Shown here: positions 31,143 through 43,891 of the stretch, piece by piece
Layout: the number at the start of each line of letters is the position of its first letter
How positions within the stretch are numbered: the first letter of the stretch is position 1
Source: Gammaproteobacteria bacterium
Lineage (GTDB): Bacteria > Pseudomonadota > Gammaproteobacteria > Steroidobacterales > GCA-2729495
Reading direction: 5' to 3'
Assembly: GCA_030426355.1 (NCBI GenBank)
Contig: JAUHYQ010000007.1
Span: 62,309-126,308, forward strand
DNA: 64,000 nucleotides
Notes under the pieces: model-generated
What the model was told of the DNA's origin: nothing
The model's database searches: none
What the model saw: only the letters and a program-made list of their open reading frames with translations
Program-made: the position numbers and the translations under genes

Positions 31143-31697
31143 ATGCAGTTTCAAAAACTAAGTGTGATGCTGTTTTGCAGTTATGTCGGGCCTTTCCTGT
31201 CGGCCTGTGGCGGCCCTGGTGCAAACACCCCGGCTGCCGACCCCACGGCACTCAGGGAAGAGTTGCTGCAGGCTGACCGCGACTTCTCCGCGCTGGCACT
31301 TGAGCAGGGTGTGGCGCGGGCCTACGAGCGTTTCATTGCCGGCGAGGCTGTGCAGTTACCCGACGGCGGAATGCCGCTGGCGGGCAAGCGGGCCATTTTG
31401 GAGAACGTCGAGGCCTCGGTGGGCGACATGGATTTTTCATTAAGTTGGGAGCCGGTTGATGCGATGGTCGCCGCATCGGGCGATCTCGGCTACACCTGGG
31501 GCGTCTACTATCTTGAGACCGTGGGCGATGACAATGAGATATATGCCACAGAGGGTAAGTACGCCAATGTCTGGCTGCGGAGCGCTACCGACGGCTGGCA
31601 GGTATTGCTCGATATCAGCAATCAGAATGAACCGCCTTTCCCGGACGATCTGGAATTTGATGTTTTGCTTGAAAGTGACGCTGATACGCCCCCATAA
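31143..31697 (+). CDS. SnoaL-like/DUF4440 lipoprotein
   Basis: The ATG at 31143 follows GGAG. Lipobox FLSAC, and an NTF2-like pattern (DRDFSALALEQGVARAYERF ... WQVLLDISN). Confidence 0.6.
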   Translation: MQFQKLSVMLFCSYVGPFLSACGGPGANTPAADPTALREELLQADRDFSALALEQGVARAYERFIAGEAVQLPDGGMPLAGKRAILENVEASVGDMDFSLSWEPVDAMVAASGDLGYTWGVYYLETVGDDNEIYATEGKYANVWLRSATDGWQVLLDISNQNEPPFPDDLEFDVLLESDADTPP

Positions 31698-31706
31698 CGA
31701 GCACCC

Positions 31707-31743
31707 AAAAAAATAGGCGGTGCTCTTGGGGGAAAGCACCGCC
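31707..31743 (-). terminator. rho-independent terminator (minus strand; could also serve the plus-strand gene)
   Basis: Stem GGCGGTGCT / AGCACCGCC (31716-31743). On the minus strand it is followed by TATTTTTTTGGG. Confidence 0.6.
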
Positions 31744-31808
31744 ATAGGGGTGGGAACTTAAGGGGGGAAGTTCCCGGGACATTTACTGAGGAGATTAACG
31801 GGACATTA

Positions 31809-31916
31809 CTAATGAACCATGGAAACTACTGAGAACAGCGGAAGGAAAGCCACCAGAATTGCAATCAGTATTTCGTCACGCTTGTCCGTATAACGAGAAG
31901 ATTTGATCGAGTTCAT
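31809..31916 (-). CDS. candidate 35-aa membrane peptide
   Basis: MNSIKSSRYTDKRDEILIAILVAFLPLFSVVSMVH. GGTGA lies 6 nt upstream of the ATG. The ORF sits between the ABC-exporter stop and the 31707-31743 terminator and is below the ORF-track size cut-off. Confidence 0.3.
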   Translation of the reverse strand: MNSIKSSRYTDKRDEILIAILVAFLPLFSVVSMVH

Positions 31917-32061
31917 TGCTTTCACCTTTGCCTTAACTGTTTCGATGGTGAAAGATTAGCTCTGATTCACAGGTTTTTCTTTTCCCGCTCGTAACCGTTT
32001 GTACCCATTTGTAACAGGTGCAAGCTACTGTTTTTATTATAAAAAAGGGCGGAGCGGGGGG

Positions 32062-33876
32062 TCAGGCGACTGCTTCACCGACGGCTTGAGCCTCTTCTTC
32101 TGCAGCGCGAAACTGCAGTTCGGCCAGTCGACTGTACAGTGGGTCTTGTTGAACAAGCTCGCTGTGCGTGCCTATTGCCCGGATGCGTCCCTCATCCAGC
32201 ACAACAATGCGATTGGCTTTAAGCACTGTCGCCAGTCTGTGGGCAATAATAATTGTTGTGCGGTTACGCATCAGTTTTTCTAGCGCTTGTTGCACCAGCC
32301 TTTCGCTTTCCGCGTCCAGGGAGCTGGTTGCTTCATCAAGCAACAGAATCGGCGGATTCTTGAGGATGGCTCTGGCGATGGCAATGCGTTGACGCTGGCC
32401 GCCCGATAGCCGCGTGCCTTTTTCGCCCAGAAAAGTGTCGTAGCCTTCCGGCAATCTTTCGATGAATTCATCGGCTGCGGCTGCTTTGGCTGCCTCGCGT
32501 ACTTCTTCGTCCGTGGCATCGGGCCTGCCGTACCGAATATTCTCCAGCGCGCTGGTGCCGAATATCATGGTTTCCTGAGGCACAACGCCCACCATGGCGC
32601 GCACGGCCGAAGGATCAGCCTCGACAATATTGACACCGTCAATCATGATGGCGCCGGAGTCCGGGTCGTAAAAGCGCAGCAGTAGCTGGAAAGTTGTGCT
32701 CTTGCCGGCACCCGAAGGGCCGACGAACGCGACGGTTTCACCGGACGCGATGTGCAGGTCAAAGTCCGAGATGGCAGGTGTGTCCGGACGGGACGGGTAG
32801 CGAAAGGTAACGCCCTGAAACGCAATTTCACCCACGCCCGGCTGTGTCAGCGGGACGGGGTTTAACGGTGATTCAATCGCGGGGCGCGCTTCCAGCAGTT
32901 CAATCAGTCGCTCCATGGCGCCGGCGGCGCGCTGCACCTCGCCCCACATCTCGCTCAGCATGGCCCCCGAACTGCCCAGCAACACGGTAAAGATCACGAA
33001 CTGCGTCAGGTCTCCGGGGGACATGGTGCCGGCCAGTACCTCCCGCGTGCCGAGCCAGAGCACCGATGTAATGGCACCAAACAACAAAAACATACTGCCA
33101 AAAGACATCACAAAGCGCACTTTGATGCGGCTCAACGCCGCCCCGAACGCGCCTTCAACTGCCTCGCTAAACCGAGAACTTTGCAGCGGTTCAAGCGTAA
33201 AAGCCTGAACCGTTTCGATGGCGTTCAGCGTTTCGTTCGCCATGCCACTAGAGTCGGCAACTTTGTCCTGCGCAGTGCGCGACAATTTGCGTACTTTGCG
33301 GGCTATCCAGATGATCGGCCCGATAACTGCAGGCACCAGCAAAAGAATGATCATGGTGAGTTTCGGGCTGGTGTACAGCACCCCGCCGATTGAGATCAGC
33401 AGCATGATGCTGGAACGCAAGGCAATGGAAATGCCAACACCTGAGATCGATTGCACAAGTGTGGTATCGGTTGTCAGCCGAGACAGCACTTCACCGGTTT
33501 TGGTGACCTCGAAGAATGTCGGGTCTTGGCGTATCACGTGGGCGTAAACTTTTTTGCGCAGGTCCGCAACGACTCGTTCGCCCAGCCAGGTGATCAGGTA
33601 CAGGCGCAGCGCGGATAGCAGGCTGATTCCAATGATGACCCCGATAACCAGTCGAAAGTAATAATCGATTTTTTCGGTTTCGCCGGTAACGATGCCGTTG
33701 TCGATTAACACGCGTGCGGCGATGGGGAGACTCCCCGTCACGGCAGAGGCGGCGACCAGCACTACCAGTGCGAGCGCCAGCGTGCCCTTATACGGGCCAA
33801 TCAGGGGGGCAATCGCTTTCAACGGGCGAAGCGATTTTCCCAGCGGGCGGGTTTCTAACTGATCGTGGGGAGGCAT
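32062..33876 (-). CDS. ABCB-type exporter (fused permease plus ATPase)
   Basis: 604 aa with 6 TM. Walker A GPSGAGKST, signature LSGGQRQR, Walker B ILLLDEATS. Confidence 0.9.
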   Translation of the reverse strand: MPPHDQLETRPLGKSLRPLKAIAPLIGPYKGTLALALVVLVAASAVTGSLPIAARVLIDNGIVTGETEKIDYYFRLVIGVIIGISLLSALRLYLITWLGERVVADLRKKVYAHVIRQDPTFFEVTKTGEVLSRLTTDTTLVQSISGVGISIALRSSIMLLISIGGVLYTSPKLTMIILLLVPAVIGPIIWIARKVRKLSRTAQDKVADSSGMANETLNAIETVQAFTLEPLQSSRFSEAVEGAFGAALSRIKVRFVMSFGSMFLLFGAITSVLWLGTREVLAGTMSPGDLTQFVIFTVLLGSSGAMLSEMWGEVQRAAGAMERLIELLEARPAIESPLNPVPLTQPGVGEIAFQGVTFRYPSRPDTPAISDFDLHIASGETVAFVGPSGAGKSTTFQLLLRFYDPDSGAIMIDGVNIVEADPSAVRAMVGVVPQETMIFGTSALENIRYGRPDATDEEVREAAKAAAADEFIERLPEGYDTFLGEKGTRLSGGQRQRIAIARAILKNPPILLLDEATSSLDAESERLVQQALEKLMRNRTTIIIAHRLATVLKANRIVVLDEGRIRAIGTHSELVQQDPLYSRLAELQFRAAEEEAQAVGEAVA

Positions 33877-34102
33877 TGGCTAATTTTCACACGGTTTCAT
33901 GCGGGTGTCACAAATTCTTCCTTGAGGCAGCGCTGCAAAAACGTGCAGAAATCATTGAACGCGACTTCGAGCGCAAGCTGAGTCAGATATTCGATTCATC
34001 AGCTATGAGACCGCCGAGCCTGACCGAGGAGGTATTTGCGGAAGAAAGCCCGGAGCGATCCCATCATCCCAGACTGCTGCGTCTGGCAGAAATAATCACA
34101 CG

Positions 34103-34852
34103 CTAGCCCGCATTAGCTGCCATTGCTTCAGTGATTTCGGGAATGTAAAGCGTAACCATACCGTCGTCCTGCCAATCGCTTATCCGGATGTCGACCCCGA
34201 GAACCTCGGACCAGACCTCGATGTGGGGCATGGTCCATTTTTCATGGATTTCCTGTTCTGTGAGGTCATGCATGCCCATGCGTCGAGTCTGGGTCAGAAC
34301 ATGACCGTAAGGCGCGCGATAGCGCACGAACCCGGGCCCGCGTTCGACCGCACCGGCGAGTTGGAAGAAGCAGGTGGTCTGATCGGTTATGGCCACCAGA
34401 GCAAGCTCTTTCTTACCGGTTGATTCAACAATTTTGGCGACGCGGGAAAGCATTGGGAACTGGGTCATGGCATCTTTGCGCGCGACCGCTTCCATTTTCC
34501 CTTCGTTCTTGGCGTATTGAATGAATTCCAGAGTCATTTTGACGAGCGCGTCATTCATCTCGTGCTGATACCCTGAATTCGAGTTCAGGGTTTTGATCAT
34601 TTTTGATACAGCCAGCCCGACCTCGAGTTCCTTTCCGGTGAAGTCGTGCTTCGCGCCCTTGTTGTTGGCTACCCCGGCGATGGCTTCCACCACTGCCGCG
34701 CCCAGGGCGGCTTCGTTGCCTTCAAAACCGCTGTATTGGCCGATTTGTTTCTTACTGCGCTCGCCGCCGCCGGTGTGGCCGCCGGCGAAGGCTGTTGCGG
34801 TTAGCAGGCCGGTTGCCAGAATCAGGCCGGCTGCTTTGATCGTACGGTGCAT
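34103..34852 (-). CDS. exported protein of unknown function
   Basis: 249 aa with signal peptide MHRTIKAAGLILATGLLTATAFA. No family recognised. Confidence 0.55.
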   Translation of the reverse strand: MHRTIKAAGLILATGLLTATAFAGGHTGGGERSKKQIGQYSGFEGNEAALGAAVVEAIAGVANNKGAKHDFTGKELEVGLAVSKMIKTLNSNSGYQHEMNDALVKMTLEFIQYAKNEGKMEAVARKDAMTQFPMLSRVAKIVESTGKKELALVAITDQTTCFFQLAGAVERGPGFVRYRAPYGHVLTQTRRMGMHDLTEQEIHEKWTMPHIEVWSEVLGVDIRISDWQDDGMVTLYIPEITEAMAANAG

Positions 34853-35004
34853 GGCTGTCTCCTGCCGTTGCTTGTGTTTCCTGAGGGAGAATTATGGGTA
34901 CAGCCCGGCGCGAGCCTGAGAATTTCGTTGGCCTAATCCGCTCTGCGGCGTGAGCGGTCGGGGAGTATTCGTTACACTCCGCTCACTACAAACGGGAGAA
35001 AACA

Positions 35005-35556
35005 ATGACCAGCCTGATGGAAAGAGTATCCGGCGAACGCCGGCGGTTGCGACAAGTGCGCATGGCCCTCACGGCTGCCACCGGCCAGAAGTCGCACGGC
35101 GATGCATCCTGGGCGCCTTTTTATATGGCAATTACCGAATACTTTGAGGCCTCGATGGAGCGCCTGCATGAGCAGGATATTCGCATGGGAAAAATGCTGC
35201 GCGACAAAATTGACATGCAGGATCCCGACAATCTGAAGGCGTTAGCTGAGCTCGATGCCCGCCTTGAAGGGTTGAATGCACACCATGGGAAGTTGCTGGC
35301 GGCGCGCGATGCGCTGGCAGCCGGGGAACCCGGTGCGCTGGAGCTTTTCGAGGACGTCGGCGGTGCCTACGCAGCCTATATCGTCGCCAACATGGGCCAC
35401 CATGCCGGAACCGCGAATCTGGCCGGCAAGCATTTTTCCCAGCAAGACTGGGAGCACATGACCATGGTTAGCGAAGCAGCACAGCAACGTGAGCAGGAAC
35501 TCTTCGACAAGGTGTTCTCGCTAAAGCCGGCGGCGCTCGAAGTCCCGACCGACTGA
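35005..35556 (+). CDS. cytoplasmic helical protein of unknown function
   Basis: 183 aa. Codon usage resembles its neighbours. No family recognised. Confidence 0.5.
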   Translation: MTSLMERVSGERRRLRQVRMALTAATGQKSHGDASWAPFYMAITEYFEASMERLHEQDIRMGKMLRDKIDMQDPDNLKALAELDARLEGLNAHHGKLLAARDALAAGEPGALELFEDVGGAYAAYIVANMGHHAGTANLAGKHFSQQDWEHMTMVSEAAQQREQELFDKVFSLKPAALEVPTD

Positions 35557-35608
35557 CGTTCGATTAGAATCAAAAAATCGATGCATATCATATTGGGGAG
35601 ATCGCGCG

Positions 35609-38918
<3,310 letters not shown>

Positions 38919-39005
38919 CTATCGGATTGAGCCGTTGTAACCCGGCCAGAGATGGCCGGGCGGCCGGTATTGTACCTCAGCCAGCGACCTCTGCAGCAGA
39001 GGCTT

Positions 39006-39749
39006 TCAGGCGACGGTGGAGACGAAGTTGCCCTGCGAGGCGCTGAAGCGCAGCGAAATGAATTTCACGCCGATCTCCCACTTGCCTTGGTCAGAGCGGG
39101 TATGCGGTGTGCAGTGCCTGATTTGTGCGATCGCGGTGCACAATGCGCTGTCAATCTTGACAATCTTTCCGGGTGGGAGCGGTTCCCGCCCGACAAAGCG
39201 CAGCCCGACAGGTGATATATCGGTTGTCGTGCCAGTGGTCACAATGCTGTCAGGCCAACCCTGAAACAACGTCAGAGGTATAGCGCGCGGCATGCGTTCT
39301 ATCAGTCGGGTCAGCGAAGTTGAGTCCTGAGTGTCACGCGGCATGGCCAGAGGGCTCTTGCATAGCCGGCAGTTTTGTTCGTACTCGCTATCGTGGCGAT
39401 GTTGTGTGCCGCAAAACGCGCAGTAACCTTTCCGCGCCATGCTGCTGGTGGCTTCGTGCGATGGCTCAGTTGTTGCGGCGTGCTGTCGAGTACCGCTGTT
39501 GTTCGGAGACTCGTGCGTGCCGTCGGTGCGCTTTTGCAAGGCACGGTCGTAGACTGCACGTTTTTCAGGGTTGGACAACGTGGCGAATGCTTCATTGATA
39601 AGCGATGCATGCCAATGGTCGCCCCCAAGGTCCGGATGCATCTTCAGCCGCTGCATTAATGTCCGGTAACTCGTTTTTATTATCTCTACCGGGGCGTCAC
39701 GCTGAACGTGCAGGATACGGTAGTAGTTACGACGGTTTTCCATCCGCAT
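39006..39749 (-). CDS. J-domain / CxxC-CxxC zinc-ribbon / PilZ-domain fusion protein
   Basis: 247 aa. J domain YYRILHV...MHPDLGGD, zinc ribbon CAFCGTQH..CRLCKSP, and PilZ motifs RLIER(MPR) and DISPVG. Confidence 0.8.
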   Translation of the reverse strand: MRMENRRNYYRILHVQRDAPVEIIKTSYRTLMQRLKMHPDLGGDHWHASLINEAFATLSNPEKRAVYDRALQKRTDGTHESPNNSGTRQHAATTEPSHEATSSMARKGYCAFCGTQHRHDSEYEQNCRLCKSPLAMPRDTQDSTSLTRLIERMPRAIPLTLFQGWPDSIVTTGTTTDISPVGLRFVGREPLPPGKIVKIDSALCTAIAQIRHCTPHTRSDQGKWEIGVKFISLRFSASQGNFVSTVA

Positions 39750-39814
39750 ATTATGTGCGGCGTGCTGGCCGGCTTTATTGAACTGGTCGACAGTTAAGGG
39801 GCATGTTCAGGTGA

Positions 39815-40357
39815 TTAAGTTAATAACAGTGGGGCAATCCATGCCTTCTTGGTCACCATGCAGACAATAATGTAAAACACCAGTGGCAGTACCAATACCC
39901 CGCGGATGCCGCCCCCGCGCATGCCGTGAGTCGCATCGTTGGCATGTTCGTCTATGACCAATCGAATTAAATCCGGCCACAGGCTAATTCCGGCCATCAG
40001 CCAGAACATCAGGTAGGCATCGAAAGCCCAGTGGGCGTTAAGCAGGCCACCCCAGTCCTCAATCAGCATTACGCCTGCCAGCGGCGTGATTATCGTCGTT
40101 GGCAGCGTAATGCTGAGTGCCATTTTGCGGATGAATCCGCGTGCCCAGATACCCGCCTGTTCAGACTGCGTTTGTCGCACCCGCATTTGCCAGATGTTGC
40201 TGAAAATGGTGTGGCCAACAAAAGCGAAACCCGAAAACTCGTGGATGAGCAGCAGCCAGATGGAAGGCAACAGTTTAGGCACCCGGACACCGAACAGCGG
40301 TAGTGCCATGACGGTCATGAGCAGCAGGTAGACGAATACTTTTAGTGGTTTAGCCAC
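39815..40357 (-). CDS. DUF2269-like integral membrane protein
   Basis: 180 aa with 4 TM segments. Confidence 0.55.
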   Translation of the reverse strand: MAKPLKVFVYLLLMTVMALPLFGVRVPKLLPSIWLLLIHEFSGFAFVGHTIFSNIWQMRVRQTQSEQAGIWARGFIRKMALSITLPTTIITPLAGVMLIEDWGGLLNAHWAFDAYLMFWLMAGISLWPDLIRLVIDEHANDATHGMRGGGIRGVLVLPLVFYIIVCMVTKKAWIAPLLLT

Positions 40358-40407
40358 TCTGACCCCATTTATCTTTTTACTCTGACCCCACCTATCTTGC
40401 TGCGGGT

Positions 40408-40617
40408 TCAGGCAGCGACGTCAAAGCCGGCTGCTTCGATGGCTTCTTTTAACTGTTCCTGCTGTATCTGGCTGTCATCGTAATCAATTGAGACCACGCC
40501 GGTCTCGTGGCTGGCTTTTACTTCTTTGACACCGGCGCGTTCGAGCAACGCATTACGAATACTTTTCTCACATCCACCGCAGGTGATGCCTTCTACGTTC
40601 AGATTGATACTGGCCAT
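40408..40617 (-). CDS. copZ: copper chaperone CopZ (HMA domain)
   Basis: 69 aa with GITCGGCEKS. Confidence 0.9.
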   Translation of the reverse strand: MASINLNVEGITCGGCEKSIRNALLERAGVKEVKASHETGVVSIDYDDSQIQQEQLKEAIEAAGFDVAA

Positions 40618-40673
40618 TTTTGTTTACTCCGAATAATTCAATAGTAAATAGTTGTAAAAAATCTCGTGCGATT

Positions 40674-42905
40674 CTAGTCCTGCTTAAAGAGCTTGGGTTT
40701 CCAGCGGCGCAGCAACAGCGAGTTGGTTACCACGCTGACGCTGCTGAATGCCATTGCGGCCCCGGCGATGGTCGGGCTCAAAAACCCCATCGCCGCAAAC
40801 GGGATGCCCACAATGTTGTATACAAATGCCCAGAACAAATTCTGCTTGATCTTGCGCCAGGTTGCGCGGCTGACCGAGATCGCAGCCGGCACCAGGGCGG
40901 GATTGGATCGCATCAGCGTCACGCCGGCCGTCTCCATGGCCACGTCAGTACCCGAACCCATGGCAATACCGACATCGGCAGCGGCCAGCGCGGGGGCATC
41001 GTTAATGCCGTCGCCGATCATGCCGACCCGCAGACCTTCGGCCCGCAGTTGCATCACCGTGGCAGCTTTGTCATCGGGTTTAACGGCACCGCGTGCTTCA
41101 TCTACGCCGACCTGACGCCCGATTTCGTTGACGGCGCGCACGGCATCGCCAGACAGCAGCAGTGTGCGAATGCCCATGGCTTTTAGTTCAGCAACAGCGG
41201 GTGCCGATTCCGGCCGCAGCGGATCCGCTATTGCCATAGCGCCCAGCAGTGCTCCGTCGCGCGCAATCCAGATGACGGTCTTGCCGGTGGATTCCCACTC
41301 CGATCCCTGTGAACTTTGGCTGTCTATTTCGATGCCGTTGTTGCGCATGAACTCTTCGTTGCCCGTGATGATTTTGGCGCCGTTCACGGATCCCGATACA
41401 CCGAAACCGGTGTGGCTCTTGAAATCGCTGACAGCGACCAGTTGCAGGTTTGCCTCCGCCGCCTTTTTAAGCACCGCCTTGGCAAGCGGGTGCTCGCTAC
41501 CCTGTTGCAGGGACGCGACTGCGGCCAGCAGTTCGTGCTCATCACCGCCGGTGCTCAGGGTGTCCACCACCGTCGGTTGCCCGGTGGTCAGCGTACCGGT
41601 TTTGTCGAAAATTACGGCATTGATGGCATGCGCCTGCTCCAAAGCCTGCACGTCTTTTATAAGGATGCCAGCCCGCGCAGCAGCACCCGTGCCCGTCATG
41701 ATGGCCGTCGGTGTTGCCAGACCCAGTGCGCAGGGGCACGCAATGACCAGTACCGACACGCCTGCAACAATGGCGGCTTCTAGTTCGCCGCCGATGAAAT
41801 ACCAGCCCAAAAACGTCACCGTTGCGATCGCCACCACCACCGGTACAAATACCCCGCTGATGCGGTCAACCAGTCGTTGTATGGGCGCTTTGCCGGCTTG
41901 TGCGTTTTCAACCAGGCGAATAATTTTTGACAGAGTAGAGTCGGCGCCAACAGCCGTCGCTGAAATTCTTATCAGTCCGGTACCATTGATAGCACCGCCC
42001 GTAACCGGGTCGCCGACTGTTTTTTCTACCGGGATGCTTTCGCCGGTGATCAGCGACTCATCGACATCGGTTGCGCCTTCACTGATTTTGCCGTCCACCG
42101 GGATACTTTCGCCGGGGCGCACCACCACAACATCGCCTTTGCGCAGCTGCAGTATAGGCAGCTCCACTTCGCTACCGTCGCGTATAACTCTGGCTGTCTT
42201 GGGGCGCAGATCCATAAGCTGGCGAATAGCGGCGGTGGTGCCGCGCTTCGCACGCGCTTCCATGTACTTGCCCAGCAGCACCAGAGTAATAATGACGGCC
42301 GATGCCTCAAAATAAAGCTGGCCGCGTGCCTGATCGACGCCCAGTGCATACAACAGGTAGACGCTGTAGGCGAAAGCAGTAGTTGTGCCCATGGCAACCA
42401 GTACGTCCATGTTGCCGGATCCGGCGCGCAGTGACTTCCAGGCCGCTTTGTAGAATCTTGCGCCGATATAGAACTGCACCGGCGAGGCCAGCATCAGCTC
42501 GATCCAGGGGTCGAGGTGAATGGCCATGTTGCCTGTAACCATGCCGATCATCTGTGCGACCAGCGGCAGGGTCAGCAACGCGGAAAGTAACAGCATGTAG
42601 AACTCACGCTGTATGGCTGCCGCTTCCCGTTCGCGATGCGCATCTTCATCTTCAGCATTGCTTTCATTCGGGAAGTGCGCGGTGAAACCGGCGTTACTGA
42701 TTGCCGTCGCGATCTTCTCGGCATCGGTATTTTCCGGATCGAACAATATGTCGGCCTGCTCGGTCGCAAAATTAACGGTTGCTGATTGAATCCCCGGGGC
42801 GCGCAGAAGCGCTTTTTCCAGTCGTGTTGCACAGGCGCTGCAGGTCATACCACCTACACTGGCCAGTACGTGTTCGTTATTCAGGTTTATTGCCGGAGTA
42901 CTCAT
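40674..42905 (-). CDS. copA: Cu(I)-translocating P1B-type ATPase
   Basis: 743 aa. Motifs [27 protein letters not shown] and GDGINDAP. Confidence 0.95.
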   Translation of the reverse strand: MSTPAINLNNEHVLASVGGMTCSACATRLEKALLRAPGIQSATVNFATEQADILFDPENTDAEKIATAISNAGFTAHFPNESNAEDEDAHREREAAAIQREFYMLLLSALLTLPLVAQMIGMVTGNMAIHLDPWIELMLASPVQFYIGARFYKAAWKSLRAGSGNMDVLVAMGTTTAFAYSVYLLYALGVDQARGQLYFEASAVIITLVLLGKYMEARAKRGTTAAIRQLMDLRPKTARVIRDGSEVELPILQLRKGDVVVVRPGESIPVDGKISEGATDVDESLITGESIPVEKTVGDPVTGGAINGTGLIRISATAVGADSTLSKIIRLVENAQAGKAPIQRLVDRISGVFVPVVVAIATVTFLGWYFIGGELEAAIVAGVSVLVIACPCALGLATPTAIMTGTGAAARAGILIKDVQALEQAHAINAVIFDKTGTLTTGQPTVVDTLSTGGDEHELLAAVASLQQGSEHPLAKAVLKKAAEANLQLVAVSDFKSHTGFGVSGSVNGAKIITGNEEFMRNNGIEIDSQSSQGSEWESTGKTVIWIARDGALLGAMAIADPLRPESAPAVAELKAMGIRTLLLSGDAVRAVNEIGRQVGVDEARGAVKPDDKAATVMQLRAEGLRVGMIGDGINDAPALAAADVGIAMGSGTDVAMETAGVTLMRSNPALVPAAISVSRATWRKIKQNLFWAFVYNIVGIPFAAMGFLSPTIAGAAMAFSSVSVVTNSLLLRRWKPKLFKQD

Positions 42906-42917
42906 ATTTCTTACCGC

Positions 42918-43340
42918 CTATGTGCTAATTCCATGGGGATCAGACAGCACGTCGATAATCGGACACCCACATACATCGCCTTTTCCCGAGCACTGCTTGT
43001 TTAAGTCGCTCAGGACATCGCGCATACGTTCCAGATCGTCAATTTTTGAGTTAATGCCGTCGAGTTTGCGCTGTGTAATGTCTTTGACTTTTGCCTTTGG
43101 GCCGCCATTGTCTTGCAGATCAAGCAGCGTGGTGATTTCTTCAAGACTGAAGCCCAGCGCTTTTGCCCGGCGAATAAAATGTAACCGGTTCACCGTGTTG
43201 GTGTTGTAAAGACGGTATCCCGCCGCAGTCCGCACGGGCTCCGGCAGGAGGCCGCGACGTTCGTAGAAACGGATGGTATCTACGCCCACAGAAGCGAGCC
43301 GCGCAATACGCCCGATGGTTAATTTCTCTGAGTTGACCAT
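42918..43340 (-). CDS. cueR: MerR-family heavy-metal (CueR-like) regulator
   Basis: 140 aa. HTH LTIGRIARLASVGVDTIRFYERRGLL and C-terminal Cys cluster CSGKGDVCGCP. Confidence 0.85.
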   Translation of the reverse strand: MVNSEKLTIGRIARLASVGVDTIRFYERRGLLPEPVRTAAGYRLYNTNTVNRLHFIRRAKALGFSLEEITTLLDLQDNGGPKAKVKDITQRKLDGINSKIDDLERMRDVLSDLNKQCSGKGDVCGCPIIDVLSDPHGIST

Positions 43341-43346
43341 GGCGCA

Positions 43347-43378
43347 ATTCTAAACCCTCGACCATGGTCAAGGGTCAA
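43347..43378 (-). promoter_or_regulatory. MerR-type promoter/operator for cueR-copA-copZ
   Basis: On the minus strand: TTGACC (43378-43373), a 20-nt spacer, then TAGAAT (43352-47). The spacer contains the dyad ACCCT-N-GACCATGGTC-N-AGGGT (43354-43375). Confidence 0.6.
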
Positions 43379-43425
43379 GACATTAGTTAACTGACTGTTT
43401 TAAGAGCCGTTTTCGCGACATGACG

Positions 43426-43455
43426 CAGCAGCACTCCCCTGCGGCAGTGCTGCTG
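43426..43455 (-). terminator. 10-bp GC hairpin 3' of the 43473 ORF (no U-tract)
   Basis: Stem CAGCAGCACT ... AGTGCTGCTG, followed on the plus side by the 7-nt tandem GCTAGCG GCTAGCG GTTAGCG. The lack of a U-run keeps confidence low. Confidence 0.3.
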
Positions 43456-43472
43456 AGGCTAGCGGCTAGCGG

Positions 43473-43889
43473 TTAGCGGCGAGTGGTCAGTTTTCCGGCC
43501 AGATCCTGGACAGCGCTTTTGGTGACCGCTTCCGGATGTTCCTGACAGTAGCTGACAAAATGGTCGGTCAGCGCAGTGAAGCTCCAGCCAGCGCCGGCTG
43601 CATTTGCTTCGCTTACCAGTTCCTCCATTGATCGATCGGTCTTGGCATACAGATAGCCCTCCGCCCAGGTCAATAATGAGTGTCTGGTTCCCAGCGGGCC
43701 GATGACCAGCATTTGAGTAAAGATATTGCACGGTATGGTGCCGATATCCGGCACGCCGCCCATGCCATCTGGCAGCAAAATTTCCTTGGCGGCGCTGTTA
43801 CCTGCTGTCAGTGTCGAGAGTGCCACGACCGCTGCGAAGGCGGTAAATGCTTTTCGCAATGTGCTCTGTATGTTTGTAAAGCGATTCAT
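43473..43889 (-). CDS. exported protein of unknown function
   Basis: 138 aa with a signal peptide ending NSAAKE. Two Cys residues. Confidence 0.5.
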   Translation of the reverse strand: MNRFTNIQSTLRKAFTAFAAVVALSTLTAGNSAAKEILLPDGMGGVPDIGTIPCNIFTQMLVIGPLGTRHSLLTWAEGYLYAKTDRSMEELVSEANAAGAGWSFTALTDHFVSYCQEHPEAVTKSAVQDLAGKLTTRR

Positions 43890-43891
43890 GA

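Noticed and set aside
33714-34106. 130-aa plus-strand ORF bridging the ABC exporter start and the next gene
   Set aside because: Half of it is antisense to the exporter's N-terminus. The rest lies in the intergenic region, and it has no RBS.
41128-42315. 395-aa plus-strand ORF (and 40620-41186, 41316-41783) across copA
   Set aside because: It is antisense to an unmistakable P-type ATPase and has Ser/Ala/Pro/Thr-rich low-complexity translation.
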